A stretch of 63,729 nucleotides of DNA, filler included, from Lenisia limosa (taxonomy: Eukaryota > Protista > Breviatea): NCBI GenBank assembly GCA_001655205.1. It is 15 parts of 15 records of this genome, joined end to end, with 100 filler letters (N's around TTAATTAATTAA, not from the genome) between each part and the next. Parts side by side here need not be neighbours in the genome. Positions count along the whole stretch, not along the records: positions 23,354 to 38,104 come from LPNZ01007861.1; positions 38,205 to 40,035 come from LPNZ01001995.1; positions 40,136 to 41,323 come from LPNZ01006532.1; positions 41,424 to 42,762 come from LPNZ01008860.1; positions 42,863 to 45,048 come from LPNZ01011493.1; positions 45,149 to 46,589 come from LPNZ01007404.1; positions 46,690 to 52,060 come from LPNZ01002076.1; 8 more parts are not named here. One strand, given 5' to 3'. Shown here piece by piece: positions 36,816 to 49,248 of this stretch. A model generated the notes under the pieces. The model was given only the letters and a program-made list of their open reading frames with translations. It made no database searches and was not told the origin of the DNA. Numbering within the stretch: the stretch's first letter is position 1; the number at the start of each line of letters is the position of its first letter. The translations under genes were made by a program, and so were the position numbers.

Positions 36816-38095
36816 TTAGTGGCAGTTGTAGCCTGTACACATGTTGCAGTTAGATCCACTCCAGCCAAAGTCGCATTGGCACATTCCGGGACTTGTGCAA
36901 CGACCCTATGGGGTGAGAATGAAAAATAGGTGCAAGGCCCTCTCTTGGCAACACACAAGGTTTTAAAGGCAAGAATGGAAAATACGTTAAAAAACAAAAC
37001 AAAAAAACCCTTGGCTCAACAAGCCAGAACTCTGAAAAGATGGCCCCTGATCCCGCATACATGGCCACAGCCGCCCATACAGACTGGCTGGTCACAGTTG
37101 TATCCCTGGTAGCCGTAAATGCAGCTGTTGCATGTCGGGCCTGGAAGGGGGGGGGGGGTAAATGGAGAAGATATGGAAACCAACTCTTTATTACCGCATT
37201 TCATAATTCCAGAAAAAGAAATGAAGAACGAAATAAATCATAAGACGCCCAACAATCTGACCCACAGACCTTGGAAATGGCCTGAGCAAGAGCAGGTGTT
37301 AGGTGCAGTGCAGCGTCCTCCCTATTCGCAGTTAGATTATAAGAAAATATGAGGACTTGAGTAGACTGTCCGTTTCACATTGTTCAGCAAGCATCTTGTT
37401 TAACTCTCAATAATCAAATTGAGTATTTCAGATATAGTGATCCCTTACCAAGCTATAAGCACTCTCAGACCCCCCACATGGTTGCAAGCAGGCATGCATG
37501 TCGGAGTGTTGCAGAAGGGGCCGCTCCAGCCGCTGGTGCACATTGAGCACCAGGCTCCTGTGAAGTGCTGGTCACACTGGCACATTCCGGGCGATACGCA
37601 GCGTCCCTATGGAAGTCAGGGGGGGAGGGGGGATACAATCTGTTTTTTTTTTGAACAAAAGAAATAATNNNNNNNNNNNNNNNNNNNNNNNNNNNNNNNN
37701 NNNNNNNNNNNNNNATTAGAAACCGAGGGAAACAAAGTGTGTGGTGCGTAATTTTAACGTATGGTGGTACAGGTGTTGAATAGTTGTATTGTTTACTATC
37801 GTATGATATAGATATCAAGACTTGCGCTTCTTTTCTTTTTTTCGGTTCGAAAAAGACTGATATAATATCGGTATTAAGGATTATCGAGTAATCCTAATTC
37901 AGTCTTTTATGAACCGAAGTGAAGCCCTAATCAAGACCCGTCCCTAACACCCCCACATGTCCGGAGCAGTTGGCGGTGCAGACAGGCACGTTGCAGGCTC
38001 CGCCGGCCCATCCCGGAGCGCACTTCTCACAATGCGCGCCCGCAAAGTTGGCGTTGCACTTGCACTTACCTGGGCTCTGGCAGACTCCCTTGAAG
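36816..38095 (-). CDS. EGF-like repeat protein, 3' part
   Basis: Repeated exons such as GRCVSPGMCQCDQHFTGAWC and GRCTSPGMCQCDFGWSGSNC; stop at 36816-36818. Confidence 0.8.
37822..37929. mobile_element. Family A hAT-type MITE
   Basis: Perfect 8-bp TSD atcaagac. Confidence 0.85.
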
Positions 38096-38429
38096 ATTAG
38101 GCAANNNNNNNNNNNNNNNNNNNNNNNNNNNNNNNNNNNNNNNNNNNNTTAATTAATTAANNNNNNNNNNNNNNNNNNNNNNNNNNNNNNNNNNNNNNNN
38201 NNNNGCACAGGTATAAAGATGAAGATAACATTATTACTTCTTTCAATTTTGAATTAATTGGGAAACACCTAGGGTAGCAAATATAAACGTCCTCGAATTA
38301 CCTTCAGAAATATGTCAGTATTTGCAAATATTAACCATTTATTATAGAATTTTGTTTATAAAAATACCACTTTTGTCACTTTTTGTTTTTCAGACTGCCA
38401 CCCCCTTTTTAGATTAGCCGAAATACCTT

Positions 38430-39810
38430 AGAAACACCCTGGCTAAGGGCTTGGCGGATAGTCAGAATTTGCTGCGCAATTACCGACAACACCTGGACGG
38501 TGAGTGTAACGAAATGAAAAAATCTCTAAAAAAAAAAAAAAAANNNNNNNNNNNNNNNNNNNNNNNNNNNNNNNNNNNNNNNNNNNNNNNNNNNNNNNNN
38601 NNNNNNNNNNNNNNNNNNNNNNNNNNNNNNNNNNNNNNNNNNNNNNNNNNNNNNNNNNNNNNNNNNNNNNNNNNNNNNNNNNNNNNNNNNNNNNCCAGAC
38701 TGGGCCAATCCCGCAAAGAACTGCGGGGTTAGAAGAAGAACTGGGAAGAGGAAGAAAAAAAAAAGGAAAATTTATGAAACAGGGCCAATGTTGGGACACT
38801 ATCGAGAATTCATCGAGAAATCAAAAAATGCAGTCTTTTTTTGGACCGAAGTGAATATCATTTATAAACTATATTTTCTACGCTTTACCCCCACCTTGCC
38901 CATCATGCGGTAGTCAAGGCCTTCGGAGCAATTAAACACGACACACTGTTTCGCCAAAGCCTTGGCCAAATCGCGGACAGTTTCGGTTTTCCCCGTTCCG
39001 GCCGGTCCTGCCGGCGCTCCACCCATGTGCAAATGCAGTGCTGACGTCAGCGTCAAGTAGCAACGGTCTGTGAGCGGAGTGATGACGAGACGCGGTGTGC
39101 TGCCAAGATATTCGTAGTTGTACGCAAAGGCGCTCTCAGTTTGGCGAACTACTATGTCGTCTTGTTCGCTACTCCACTCGTAGCGCAGCTGGGGGGGGGG
39201 GGGNNNNNNNNNNNNNNNNNNNNNNNNNNNNNNNNNNNNNNNNNNNNNNNNNNNNNNNNNNNNNNNNNNNNNNNNNNNNNNNNNNNNNNNNNNNNNNNNN
39301 ATAACACACCATTTTAAGCTCTTTACATCCAAACACATCATTTTGAACCACGATAAGTCCTACGTCATACTATTTTCAGCCACGATAACACCATCCCTTT
39401 ATCGCCCAAAAGCCCTATAGCCTTTTATATCCCGTTATAACCAAGCAAACTATTTTGAGCTCTTCATACATGTATCCCTCTACTCTACTAGAAAGCATAC
39501 CATTTTAAGCCCTTTATAGTCCTACACACCATTTTGAGCCAGGAGAAGTCCAGGGAGTTTGACACACCCTCCTCGATAAGGGAGTCGACAATGTCACGTG
39601 CATGGACATCCACTGTCAATAGCGCACTGGGGGGGGGGGTAAGAAATTGGAAAATTGATGAAACAAAAAAGCTCAAATCAACTCTGTTGGCTGATCACAC
39701 ACTTGCCCGACATAGTACCTTCCCTCTCACCTGACGAGAACCCTGTGCACTTGGGAGAGCTCTTGGTCCACGAGAGCGGTTAGAGCCTCCAATTGCCTTG
39801 TGAGGATGGT
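38430..39810 (-). CDS. Axonemal-type dynein heavy chain, linker/AAA1 fragment
   Basis: [73 protein letters not shown]|FFAGLAQSG and [12 protein letters not shown]. The paralog cannot be assigned by eye. Confidence 0.95.
39627..39700 (-). repeat. Family B copy ending at a 3' splice site (dynein intron 39627-39730)
   Basis: Minus strand: cagccaacagagttgatttgagc...ttccaatttcttac(c)nCAG|TGCGCTA. Confidence 0.9.
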
Positions 39811-39892
39811 CTAGGGTGGGGGAGTGAGAATTGGAAAATTGATGAAACAAAACAAACAAAACCCAAAATCACTTTGGCTGACAGCACACGCG
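39811..39892 (-). repeat. Family B copy ending at a 3' splice site (adjacent dynein intron)
   Basis: Minus strand: ttttccaattctcactcccccacccTAG|ACCATC. Confidence 0.85.
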
Positions 39893-40299
39893 TGTTGGGG
39901 GGGAGGGGGTGTTAGAATTGTTAGGAAAACTATGATTCAATAAAAATTTAGCAATGAGAAATAATATTAATTCGTCTTACCTTACACCTCTGTACACACA
40001 GCTTTCTGCGTGCTTCCCCACCTTTAAACCAATAANNNNNNNNNNNNNNNNNNNNNNNNNNNNNNNNNNNNNNNNNNNNTTAATTAATTAANNNNNNNNN
40101 NNNNNNNNNNNNNNNNNNNNNNNNNNNNNNNNNNNGGGAGCGGAACATGAATTCACTTGAATGATAGATACAGTGACCGGGATAATTCTTGACCGATTTG
40201 CTATCTGGTTTCCCAAGGAAAATAGTTCAAGACTTTCCAATCATATATCATTTAGACTAGGGATAAATTGAATTCTGTAAAATGAAGACTTAGTCAACA

Positions 40300-40400
40300 A
40301 ATTTATTGAACAAAGTCATTACGACCAAGGGATAAATTGTCACCTTCTGATATTACGAACCCAGGGATAAATTGTCACCTTCTGGTATTGTGAACGTAGG
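40300..40400. repeat. Tandem ~35-bp repeat
   Basis: agggataaattgtcaccttctg x2 plus a partial copy. Confidence 0.85.
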
Positions 40401-40428
40401 GATGCACTCTCCCCTTCTGACGATTTAG

Positions 40429-40890
40429 GCTGGATGGGAAGCAACAGGTATTGCTGGCGTTGCAGGAAATAAAGGAGGTGTTGGTATGATGGGAATAAAA
40501 GGTATTTCCAAAGGTATTTCCAAAATCTACTATATATATGATCATATGACCAACATTCGAGTTAGTTTTTGAGTTTGTTTGTAGTATACTACATAGCAAA
40601 TCACATACACACATGTATCACATCATACATGGCATCAATTTCTTTCGACATACTCAATTATTTGCTTTACATTCCTAGCTGTGGCCTTCCAAATAGAACG
40701 CACGTCTTTCTGCTTCATTAACGCCCATCTTGCTGCACACCAGGTAAAATACATTCAAGTTTACCGATAATTATATTCTTTTATTTCTTTTTTTTGATTT
40801 ACTTTTCTCAGGATAGAGTAGCGGATCGCCATAATAATGTCCGAGAAGTCCTTCGCGGCCTTCATCTCCAAGGGGGCGATGCTGAGATTA
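40429..40890 (+). CDS. Inositol polyphosphate 5-phosphatase catalytic-domain fragment
   Basis: GIAGVAGNKG|AVAFQIERTSFCFINAHLAAHQ|DRVADRHNNV matches the GNKG and FxNxHLAA motifs. Confidence 0.88.
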
Positions 40891-41214
40891 TGACTGATGT
40901 GAGGGGTGATGCTGAGATTGATGTTGGGGGTGATGCTGAGATTACGACTGATAAGATCCAATATCTAAAATACAATGGGCTTCACTTCGGTTCGAAAAAG
41001 ATTTGGGGGGGGGGTGCTGAGATTTTGACCACATTTTCAACTGAATTTGACTGTTGTAGTTCCACCATCTCTTCTTTTTTGGTGACTTGAACTACCGACT
41101 CGGTAGGCAGGAACTCTACTGTTTTAATTATTATTTTGATTCGGTTTTTTGGATTTTTATTATTATTATTATTATTGATATTTTTTGGGTCGTTTTCCAT
41201 AATATTAAAAGAAA

Positions 41215-41323
41215 GAGGGCTTTGTTTGTTTTGTTATTATCAACCCTCGTGTGTTGTCAGCCAACAGAGTTGATTTTGGGCTTTTTTATTTCATAAATTT
41301 TCCAATTTTACCCCCCCCCCCCC
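41215..41323 (+). repeat. Family B copy, sense to the 5-phosphatase gene, running into a C-run and gap
   Basis: Near-consensus copy ending ttttccaattttac(c)n. Confidence 0.9.
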
Positions 41324-41426
41324 NNNNNNNNNNNNNNNNNNNNNNNNNNNNNNNNNNNNNNNNNNNNTTAATTAATTAANNNNNNNNNNNNNNNNNNNNN
41401 NNNNNNNNNNNNNNNNNNNNNNNTTA

Positions 41427-42752
41427 GGTCCAAATACTGATGACAACCCTCCGCGGACCCCATCTCCTGCATATGCGCTGGTTCTTCCAGAGGTGTTGTG
41501 GAAATGATGAAAGGTTAGCATGATGATTGGTGGAGGGTTAATTTCTTAATTATTTTTGTCTCCGATTATTCTGAATACTGTTTTTGCTTTGTTGCTGTTG
41601 TGATCCTCAAGGGTAATTCCCGATCTGGTGCGCTTCATCTGTTGCTGCTTCCTTTCAACTCCGCCTGTATGCTCGGCACTGGTTCGGGTCACAGTATTGT
41701 TTATGAGCAGAATCTCAAAAAGGGACTAAGCTTTTTAAAATATTTTGTTATTCTGCCTAGAGTCAATTACCATTTACCCCCCCCCCCCCNNNNNNNNNNN
41801 NNNNNNNNNNNNNNNNNNNNNNNNNNNNNNNNNNNNNNNNNNNNNNNNNNNNNNNNNNNNNNNNNNNNNNNNNNNNNNNNNNNNNNNNNNNNNNNNNNNN
41901 CGAATCACGGTAAGACGACTGGGATTATCGGGCATTTCTTTGATTGTTCTGTTTCTTGTCGACAAAGTTGTTTTCTCTACGCTGCCAACTTTTGTCCTCA
42001 TTGTCCGCTTTCCCGATGCGTTCACCCTGTAGAATAATGTCATTGCATACGAGACTAAAATTGCCCTCTTCTTTGACTGGCTGTTCTACACCCCCGGAAG
42101 AGATGATACTCGACTGATCGGTTGTTTGGCTGTGGCTTGGGTTTCACTTAGATCCGACAAGATCTATACAACTACACAATTTTCACAACATATTGACCCC
42201 ATAGTCCCTGTTGCGCAGTTACTGGAAGGAGCCGTCAAATCACACCCAATGGTGACGACGGCTCTTCTTGAGTTCATGACACAGCTCCCGAAAACGTTCC
42301 TCCAGGTCTGTGAAATATCGTTCAACAAGATATTTCACAACGGAAAACTTTTGAAAGCACACTTTTCTTCGTGATACCCAGGCCTTTTTTTTTTTTTTTT
42401 TTTTTNNNNNNNNNNNNNNNNNNNNNNNNNNNNNNNNNNNNNNNNNNNNNNNNNNNNNNNNNNNNNNNNNNNNNNNNNNNNNNNNNNNNNNNNNNNNNNN
42501 NNNNNNNNNNNNNNNNNNNNNNNNNNATGCTGAGTTCCCTCAATGCTGGCTTTATTGATTGTCTCAAAAAGGGCCATATTGAGTGGGAGGGATGCGTATG
42601 TATGATATCCTTTTTTTATTACAGAATTGCAAAATGGAAAGGAGAGCGAGTGTTTTTGGAGAGTGTTGATGCCACTCATGACACCCTTAGGTCCATGGAG
42701 AACTTACAAATGGCTAGCCCTTCAGCTAAAATGGCGGTAGAAACCTATTTTA
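41427..42752 (+). CDS. INTS3: Integrator complex subunit 3 (INTS3/SOSS-A) fragment
   Basis: WFFQR, DLVRFIC, TKIALFFDWLFYTP and KSHPMVTTALLEFM follow the order of the conserved INTS3 N-terminal blocks. Confidence 0.8.
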
Positions 42753-42906
42753 AGGTTGCTCTNNNNNNNNNNNNNNNNNNNNNNNNNNNNNNNNNNNNNN
42801 NNNNNNTTAATTAATTAANNNNNNNNNNNNNNNNNNNNNNNNNNNNNNNNNNNNNNNNNNNNGGGGGGGGGTCATTTGTCAGACTTCACAACGTTTGTTG
42901 TCCCAG

Positions 42907-44990
42907 ATTGTATTAAATTGCCCGAAAGAAATAACCCCTTCAGAGATTTTCGGCGAGAGTTTGTTACCTCCCCATCTTTGCTATGCTCTGACCCATAAAA
43001 CCAAGCCACTTCAGGCCGTGGCCACGCATAACCCGGCCGTCGTGATTTGTATCAAGGTTACTNNNNNNNNNNNNNNNNNNNNNNNNNNNNNNNNNNNNNN
43101 NNNNNNNNNNNNNNNNNNNNNNNNNNNNNNNNNNNNNNNNNNNNNNNNNNNNNNNNNNNNNNNNNNNNNNNNNNNNNNNNNNNNNNNNNNNNNNNNNNNN
43201 NNNNNNNNNNNNNNNNNNNNNNNNNNNNNNNNNNNNNNNNNNNNNNNNNNNNNNNNNNNNNNNNNNNNNNNNNNNNNNNNNNNNNNNNNNNNNNNNNNNN
43301 NNNNNNNNNNNNNNNNNNNNNNNNNNNNNNNNNNNNNNNNNNNNNNNNNNNNNNNNNNNNNNNNNNNNNNNNNNNNNNNNNNNNNNNNNTCTTATGACAA
43401 CACAACCATCATCATCATCACTCACCCCTTCACCATCAGCATCACTCATCATCATTACAACCATCACCATCATAAGGAGACTCATTCACTACACAGATGG
43501 TAGCGAAAGAAGGATTCAGCGAGACAGTAGTGGCGCGTGCCATTGATCGCATTACTACGGCAGCGGACGCCTTGGTGTTTGCCCAGGGACTGTGGGTCTT
43601 ATGGGGGTCTTATGTTCTATATTACATTTNNNNNNNNNNNNNNNNNNNNNNNNNNNNNNNNNNNNNNNNNNNNNNNNNNNNNNNNNNNNNNNNNNNNNNN
43701 NNNNNNNNNNNNNNNNNNNNNNNNNNNNNNNNNNNNNNNNNNNNNNNNNNNNNNNNNNNNNNNNNNNNNATTTATCGAGAAATTCAGTCTTTTTTTTTGA
43801 ACCGAAGTGAATCCCAAGGTTTAGATAAGTTTACAGTATATTTCGGATTGAAGGGAGGCCTAATTTACAATAAATACAATCGCGCGTTTCACACGCCCCA
43901 ATAAGGCTTGGTTTTGCAACATATTTATATGTCCAGTGTTTATTGAATACATTCTTGTTGTTATGCATTTTAATTCTTCAGGGTCAAGATTTCAGGCTCC
44001 GGGCCGCACTACATCGCATGCACATCTCTGACGGTATGCAATACTGGGTGTGGTGTGTCCATCATGGGGCGTCACTTGTTCCAATAAATGCAGCAATATC
44101 GACATCTCGAATCTGTTTCGAAATTTCTGTTATTTGAGAACAGGGTGACTCTTTTCATCTCATATAATGCGGAAGATTATCAATATTGTTAGCACTGAAA
44201 ATAAACATTCCAAACAGGGAGTTCTATAGAACATGAAAAATCAACAGACACTATATTTGGAATAAATGGAGGCGCTAACAAAACTGAAATATGACGCTAA
44301 TGCTAAACAGGGTGATCCCAACGACGATAAGCAGCAAACCCTTCCGCTCCTCCGAGCCTTCTCTTCCGCCGCCGACCTGACTGCTATCCACTCTTGCTCC
44401 CTCAAAGCCGTCACGGTCTCCATCGGTATTGGCGCCGGCCAGATCATTTCGGGGCTTATGGGTGGGGGGGGGGGNNNNNNNNNNNNNNNNNNNNNNNNNN
44501 NNNNNNNNNNNNNNNNNNNNNNNNNNNNNNNNNNNNNNNNNNNNNNNNNNNNNNNNATTGAAGCACTTGTGAGATTTTCTATCACACACAAATACATATT
44601 GAAAATTAGAGGCCAGAATATTTCGGGACTAGGATGGGGGGAGCCCAAACTTGTTATTCTCACTTGCCTTAGGACATCGGCATTTGCGGCACGTCATCGC
44701 CGGGCAGGCCCTTCACAGCGCAATGGCAGCTGCTAATCACTCGCGTGCTGGCGTGGCTTGCGTAAGCTGCGGGGTCATTTTTTGAGAACACGAAAAACTC
44801 CATAGAACACAAATGGGTGTCTCTTATTTGAACAAGAGAATAGGGAAACAAATAAATACATAGGGATACTTGAAACATACATGTAGTTACAACATTACTG
44901 ATTTCATTGTTTAGTTTCTTAACAACATGAATTAGTAATCATAACATGATTTAGTTTGACGACACAACGCTCATGGAGCTTGCCAAGGAG
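42907..44990 (+). CDS. Soluble adenylate cyclase (ADCY10)-like class III cyclase domain, degenerate, partial
   Basis: TVSIGIGAGQIISGLMG|GHRHLRHVIAGQALHSAMAAA...GVAC|FDDTT resembles the sAC TVSIGxxxG...GxxxRH...GQ...CD block; splice signals support the + strand. Confidence 0.55.
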
Positions 44991-45169
44991 GTAAATCTTA
45001 GTTTGGTTTCAACGGCCCTCTATGACGCCACACCACAATTGACCCCTTNNNNNNNNNNNNNNNNNNNNNNNNNNNNNNNNNNNNNNNNNNNNTTAATTAA
45101 TTAANNNNNNNNNNNNNNNNNNNNNNNNNNNNNNNNNNNNNNNNNNNNAAATAAAAAAAATCTTACCCC

Positions 45170-46408
45170 ACTACCTCTGTCCAGAATCTTCTTCTTGAAA
45201 TGTGGCTTCTCTTCTTCGACCTTCTCGTCTGAAATATCAACATAAGGCAATATCTTTAACTTTCTCACATATCATTAAGCGGTTGGGGATAACGCGCCCC
45301 CATATGAACAAATCAGGATTATCCACAGCAATCTGAAGAAGCCCCACCCTTGTTTGCTGCGGCCTTGGCGTCAATTTTCTCTTGGAGCTCCCTCTCCTCT
45401 TTCTCCCTCTTCTCACGAGCAGCCTTGACCTCAGCCTCGAGATCTTCTCCCTAGGGAGGGGGTAAACCGAAGGTAATTTCGATGAATACTACTGCGGTAA
45501 ATTGCAACATAGAAACCAGGATACCAACTCGAAAATAAATCCGATAAATCAGCGATTTCAAAGCTCCAAAAGCACTATTTCTACTAATTCGGTTCAAACT
45601 GCCCACTCCCACCTCCTTCTTGAATTCCTGAGAAATGAAAAGGTCGTCGAAGGCCTTGACCAAACTGGGCTTCTTGGTGGACTTTGAAAGGGACTGAAGG
45701 ATGAGATGGAGTAGAAACATGGATTTGATATGGACTGGACAAGGAACATCCATGTTTGAATATCTCAAATTCCCCCCCCCCCCTCCAAGAATAAGAGATT
45801 TCTCATAATTTATCTTTTATTGTTCAAAAAATCCAAGAATATTGAGATGTGTTTCAATATAGACAAACACCACTCCTATGCCCCCTGGTGTCTTTTCTCA
45901 GCTCCGTTTTTGTTTCTTTACGTTGTAAACACCAGTACCTTGACCTGTCCGAAGAGTTTGTGGGACTTCAGGAACTCCACAGAAGCATTGGACTGCACAG
46001 TGAGATCGAATCAGTTCCCAAAATAAGACAATTTTACGGGATTTTAGGCTGAAGCACTTGAGTTTGATAGATGGATATGTAATGTAGAATGAGTGCGTGA
46101 AATGGTTTAAAGCAGGACGAGAGAGTACCAAACATTGCTTGCAAAGATAAGGGGAAATAGCCAATGTTAGAACTTTTTGCACATATCTACAAAACAAAAG
46201 CCTCATTACTTTAACCATTTAATATCTGTCACCTAAGAAGTGGGAGTCAAGAGCAGACCAGAACCAGCAACAAAACAATTGATCTCATAATTACATGCCA
46301 TATAAGAGATAAGGGCGCAACCAGGAGTACCTGCATCCACTCGATCGCTTCCTTCTTTGACACATCATCGCTGCTGAGCTGGTCGGCGGTCCATGGACGT
46401 TCAGGCAT
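45170..46408 (-). CDS. FKBP3: FKBP25/FKBP3 peptidyl-prolyl isomerase, N-terminal part
   Basis: MPERPWTADQLSSDDVSKKEAIEWMQ|SNASVEFLKSHKLFGQVK|...LVKAFDDLF and KPHFKKKILDRG match the FKBP25 basic tilted helix bundle and the start of the PPIase domain. Confidence 0.85.
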
Positions 46409-46792
46409 GTTGTTCTGGTTTAATGGATGCTTCAAATTCAAAAATGCTCAAAACCCTTGAAAAATTTAAATACTTGCAGAATACTGGTCCAAATTCAAGT
46501 TGAAAAGAACCCCAAAACACAACTTGAACACAACCATTCATTTTCCTATTGGTGGGTTATTATATATTTATATATTTATATATTGTTCTNNNNNNNNNNN
46601 NNNNNNNNNNNNNNNNNNNNNNNNNNNNNNNNNTTAATTAATTAANNNNNNNNNNNNNNNNNNNNNNNNNNNNNNNNNNNNNNNNNNNNTTGTTCCTCTA
46701 GTGATTATTACTTTTAAGCCAATTTTAATCAAAAAATATTTTAGTTTAAAACGCTCCCCAATATATTTTCCTGCCCCCCTCCCCCACTTTGA

Positions 46793-47500
46793 TTTGGGGC
46801 AGCATTACGAAGGTGGTCGCTTCCTTCGAGGCAATTGCCAATAAGTGGCCTTGGTCTGTGACTGTCCATTCGGTACTATGAGGTTAAAATTGGAAAATAT
46901 ATGAAACAAAAAAAGCCCAAATCAACTCTGTTGGACAGATAACAGCAAAACTAACAAAGAAGCCCAGACCAGACGTGATGAAAAAAACAAAAAAAAAAAA
47001 GGCAATCAAATCGGGGAGGTGGGTAATTTCATGGTTCGTAAAAGCCCACTGTGTGAAGCTAAATCAAACCAGTCTCAAGAAATTCCTTTTATAGAGGAAT
47101 AAACGCAGCGCAAAACAGTTACAAATACAGGAATATGAAAGAGTATGTTGCAGGATCTCTCATTATCCTTCCTTGTTGATAGAGGTTGCAATGACATATT
47201 GGTATGAATTTGCTGGAACCGTATTTAAATACAGGTAAATATCAAATTAGAACACCTATCGCTGCTCACCTTTCAACATCACTCTGAAGATCAATTTCGG
47301 TCAACAGCTTAAGATGAGGAAGGCAAAAGACTTGAACCCTTCTCTCGTCCTTAACAACACTTGTCAGGCTGCGACAAAGGCTGAAAGAGGCGTTATTGAA
47401 GAAGTCAGACTGCAGAGCTTGTTCAACGTGATCGTCATCGTCATGCCAATTGCTGAAGCAGACGAGTGATGGCATCGTCCACACTCCCCGCTTCCGCTTA
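46793..47500 (-). CDS. Beta-propeller-like protein fragment (possibly tomosyn/Lgl-like)
   Basis: Two exons: ...VQVFCLPHLKLLTEID and TEWTVTDQGHLLAIAS. The family call is weak. Confidence 0.3.
46876..46975 (-). repeat. Family B copy ending at a 3' splice site
   Basis: Minus strand: ttttccaattttaacctcaTAG|TACCGA. Confidence 0.85.
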
Positions 47501-49248
47501 AAAATAATTGAGGGTACTCGCACTACTAATACTTATCGAGGCAGGGCAAAAAAGGAAAGACAGGGTAAGTTGGAAAACATTCTGTTATGAATAGATCTAT
47601 TGATCTTTGGTTTGATTGACAAACTGGCAANNNNNNNNNNNNNNNNNNNNNNNNNNNNNNNNNNNNNNNNNNNNNNNNNNNNNNNNNNNNNNNNNNNNNN
47701 NNNNNNNNNNNNNNNNNNNNNNNNNNNNNNNNNNNNNNNNNNNNNNNNNNNNNNNNNNNNNNNNNNNNNNNNNNNNNNNNNNNNNNNNNNNNNTTCATAT
47801 GATGTATTAAGATATCAACTGCAACAAGGGTATTTTTACAAAATCTTTTCCTCCGTTATTAAATTTAGCCTCATCCCGCTGCATCAGCCTGTGTGTGTTG
47901 GTTCCAAGCTACAAGCTCAAAATAGCAATGGTTCCAATGTTATCCTCAAGGACCTTCATGTTGGTGTTGGAGCATAAGCCCAACAGTCCAATGTTGTACT
48001 CAATCATTTAACCAGCAAAGCAGTAGGGGGGGGGGTGAAGTAACTAGTCAGGCTTTGATACCCTCTCCGTTTATTGAGTGATTTGAGATAATTCCACAGT
48101 CAATATCCCTAATAACAATTAATAAATACTTGATCCTACCAAGATCTTCATACATCATGTAAAGATGAGTGCTAATTATTCTAGCCTCCAACGTTTCGAT
48201 ATTTATCGCTGCAAAACTCTCTATCTGACAACTACCTAATTACTCAAGCAGCTGAGCGATTTCCCGAATTTCAAGTGAGTATGTACATCTTATCAATGCT
48301 TTTGTTCAACTATTAGGTTCACGTTACCTCTAACTCCCCCAGTTCAATGAAACGATTGCCGTTTTTGGTAAACAATATTGTATGTCACCTTTTCAGTGGC
48401 AGCTATATGATGAAACCAAAAGCGAAGACTATGGACTCGAAGTTTTCCAATCCTCTTCAGGAAGCCTCAAGGTTAGATATTGATTATGAGTTGCCATATC
48501 ATTCGTCACTGTTTGTAAACAACATATATTTTTACCAATCAATAAATATAGACAAACCAACTTCTGTTGCACCAAGCGATTGGAAACGGCCACCAGCGAC
48601 TTGTCTCGGCCATATTATCCTTCTTAAATATGGATATACATGTACATGCGGTACCATTTGTGACAGGGGATTGGCCACATTTCAATGCATTTGATTCCGT
48701 TTAACTAGAAAATTGTAGTGCTAATCCTGTGTTACAAATGTTTGAATTAGTTTGAAATCTTCGGGGTATTAAGAAAGGGACATGAGTGTCTATGTATGAA
48801 ATATTCTAATATTGGAGACTTTATCCCTCTTTTTGATGTCCATTCAAAGTTCGACCAGATACTATACAGTCTCAAGGGATTTACTGAGTCGCCATCTTTG
48901 AAAGTAAAACAGCAACTGGTGCTTGTAAATGATAAACTTCAAGTGGGTAGTCATTATTCTCTTGTAAATTGTTGAAATAAACGACCATAACCCAGTATAA
49001 GTGTAATAAGAGACCCAAAAAAATTATTTTCTTGATTTATTAACGCAAATTCACCTGTATTACTACTTCACCGAAAAGAGCCTCTTTTATGGGTTCACTT
49101 ACCACTGCTGCTATTAGTTTAACTTTCTTAAGTCTCAGCTCAAGTAAATGTATACAAGCAATTATCTTCAAATTATCGGAGCTAAAATCCTACTTCCTCA
49201 TCCTATGCCCTCTTTCTTATTTGCATATTCAAGAACCCAAAATCTTGG

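Noticed and set aside
38960-39000. Dynein AAA1 motif TETVRD instead of TET(T/V)KD
   Set aside because: A conservative K-to-R change outside the Walker A lysine; no reason to infer altered function.
44241-44663. Minus-strand 140-aa ORF
   Set aside because: It is the antisense shadow of the + strand cyclase-like exon, which has proper AG/GT boundaries and a recognisable motif.
45348-45450. Apparent frameshift in an FKBP3 exon
   Set aside because: On recount the exon is 103 nt (phase 0 to 1) and joins the next exon in frame.
36668-46589. Functional cluster of dynein, 5-phosphatase, INTS3, cyclase and FKBP3
   Set aside because: Each gene lies on a different piece separated by artificial spacers.
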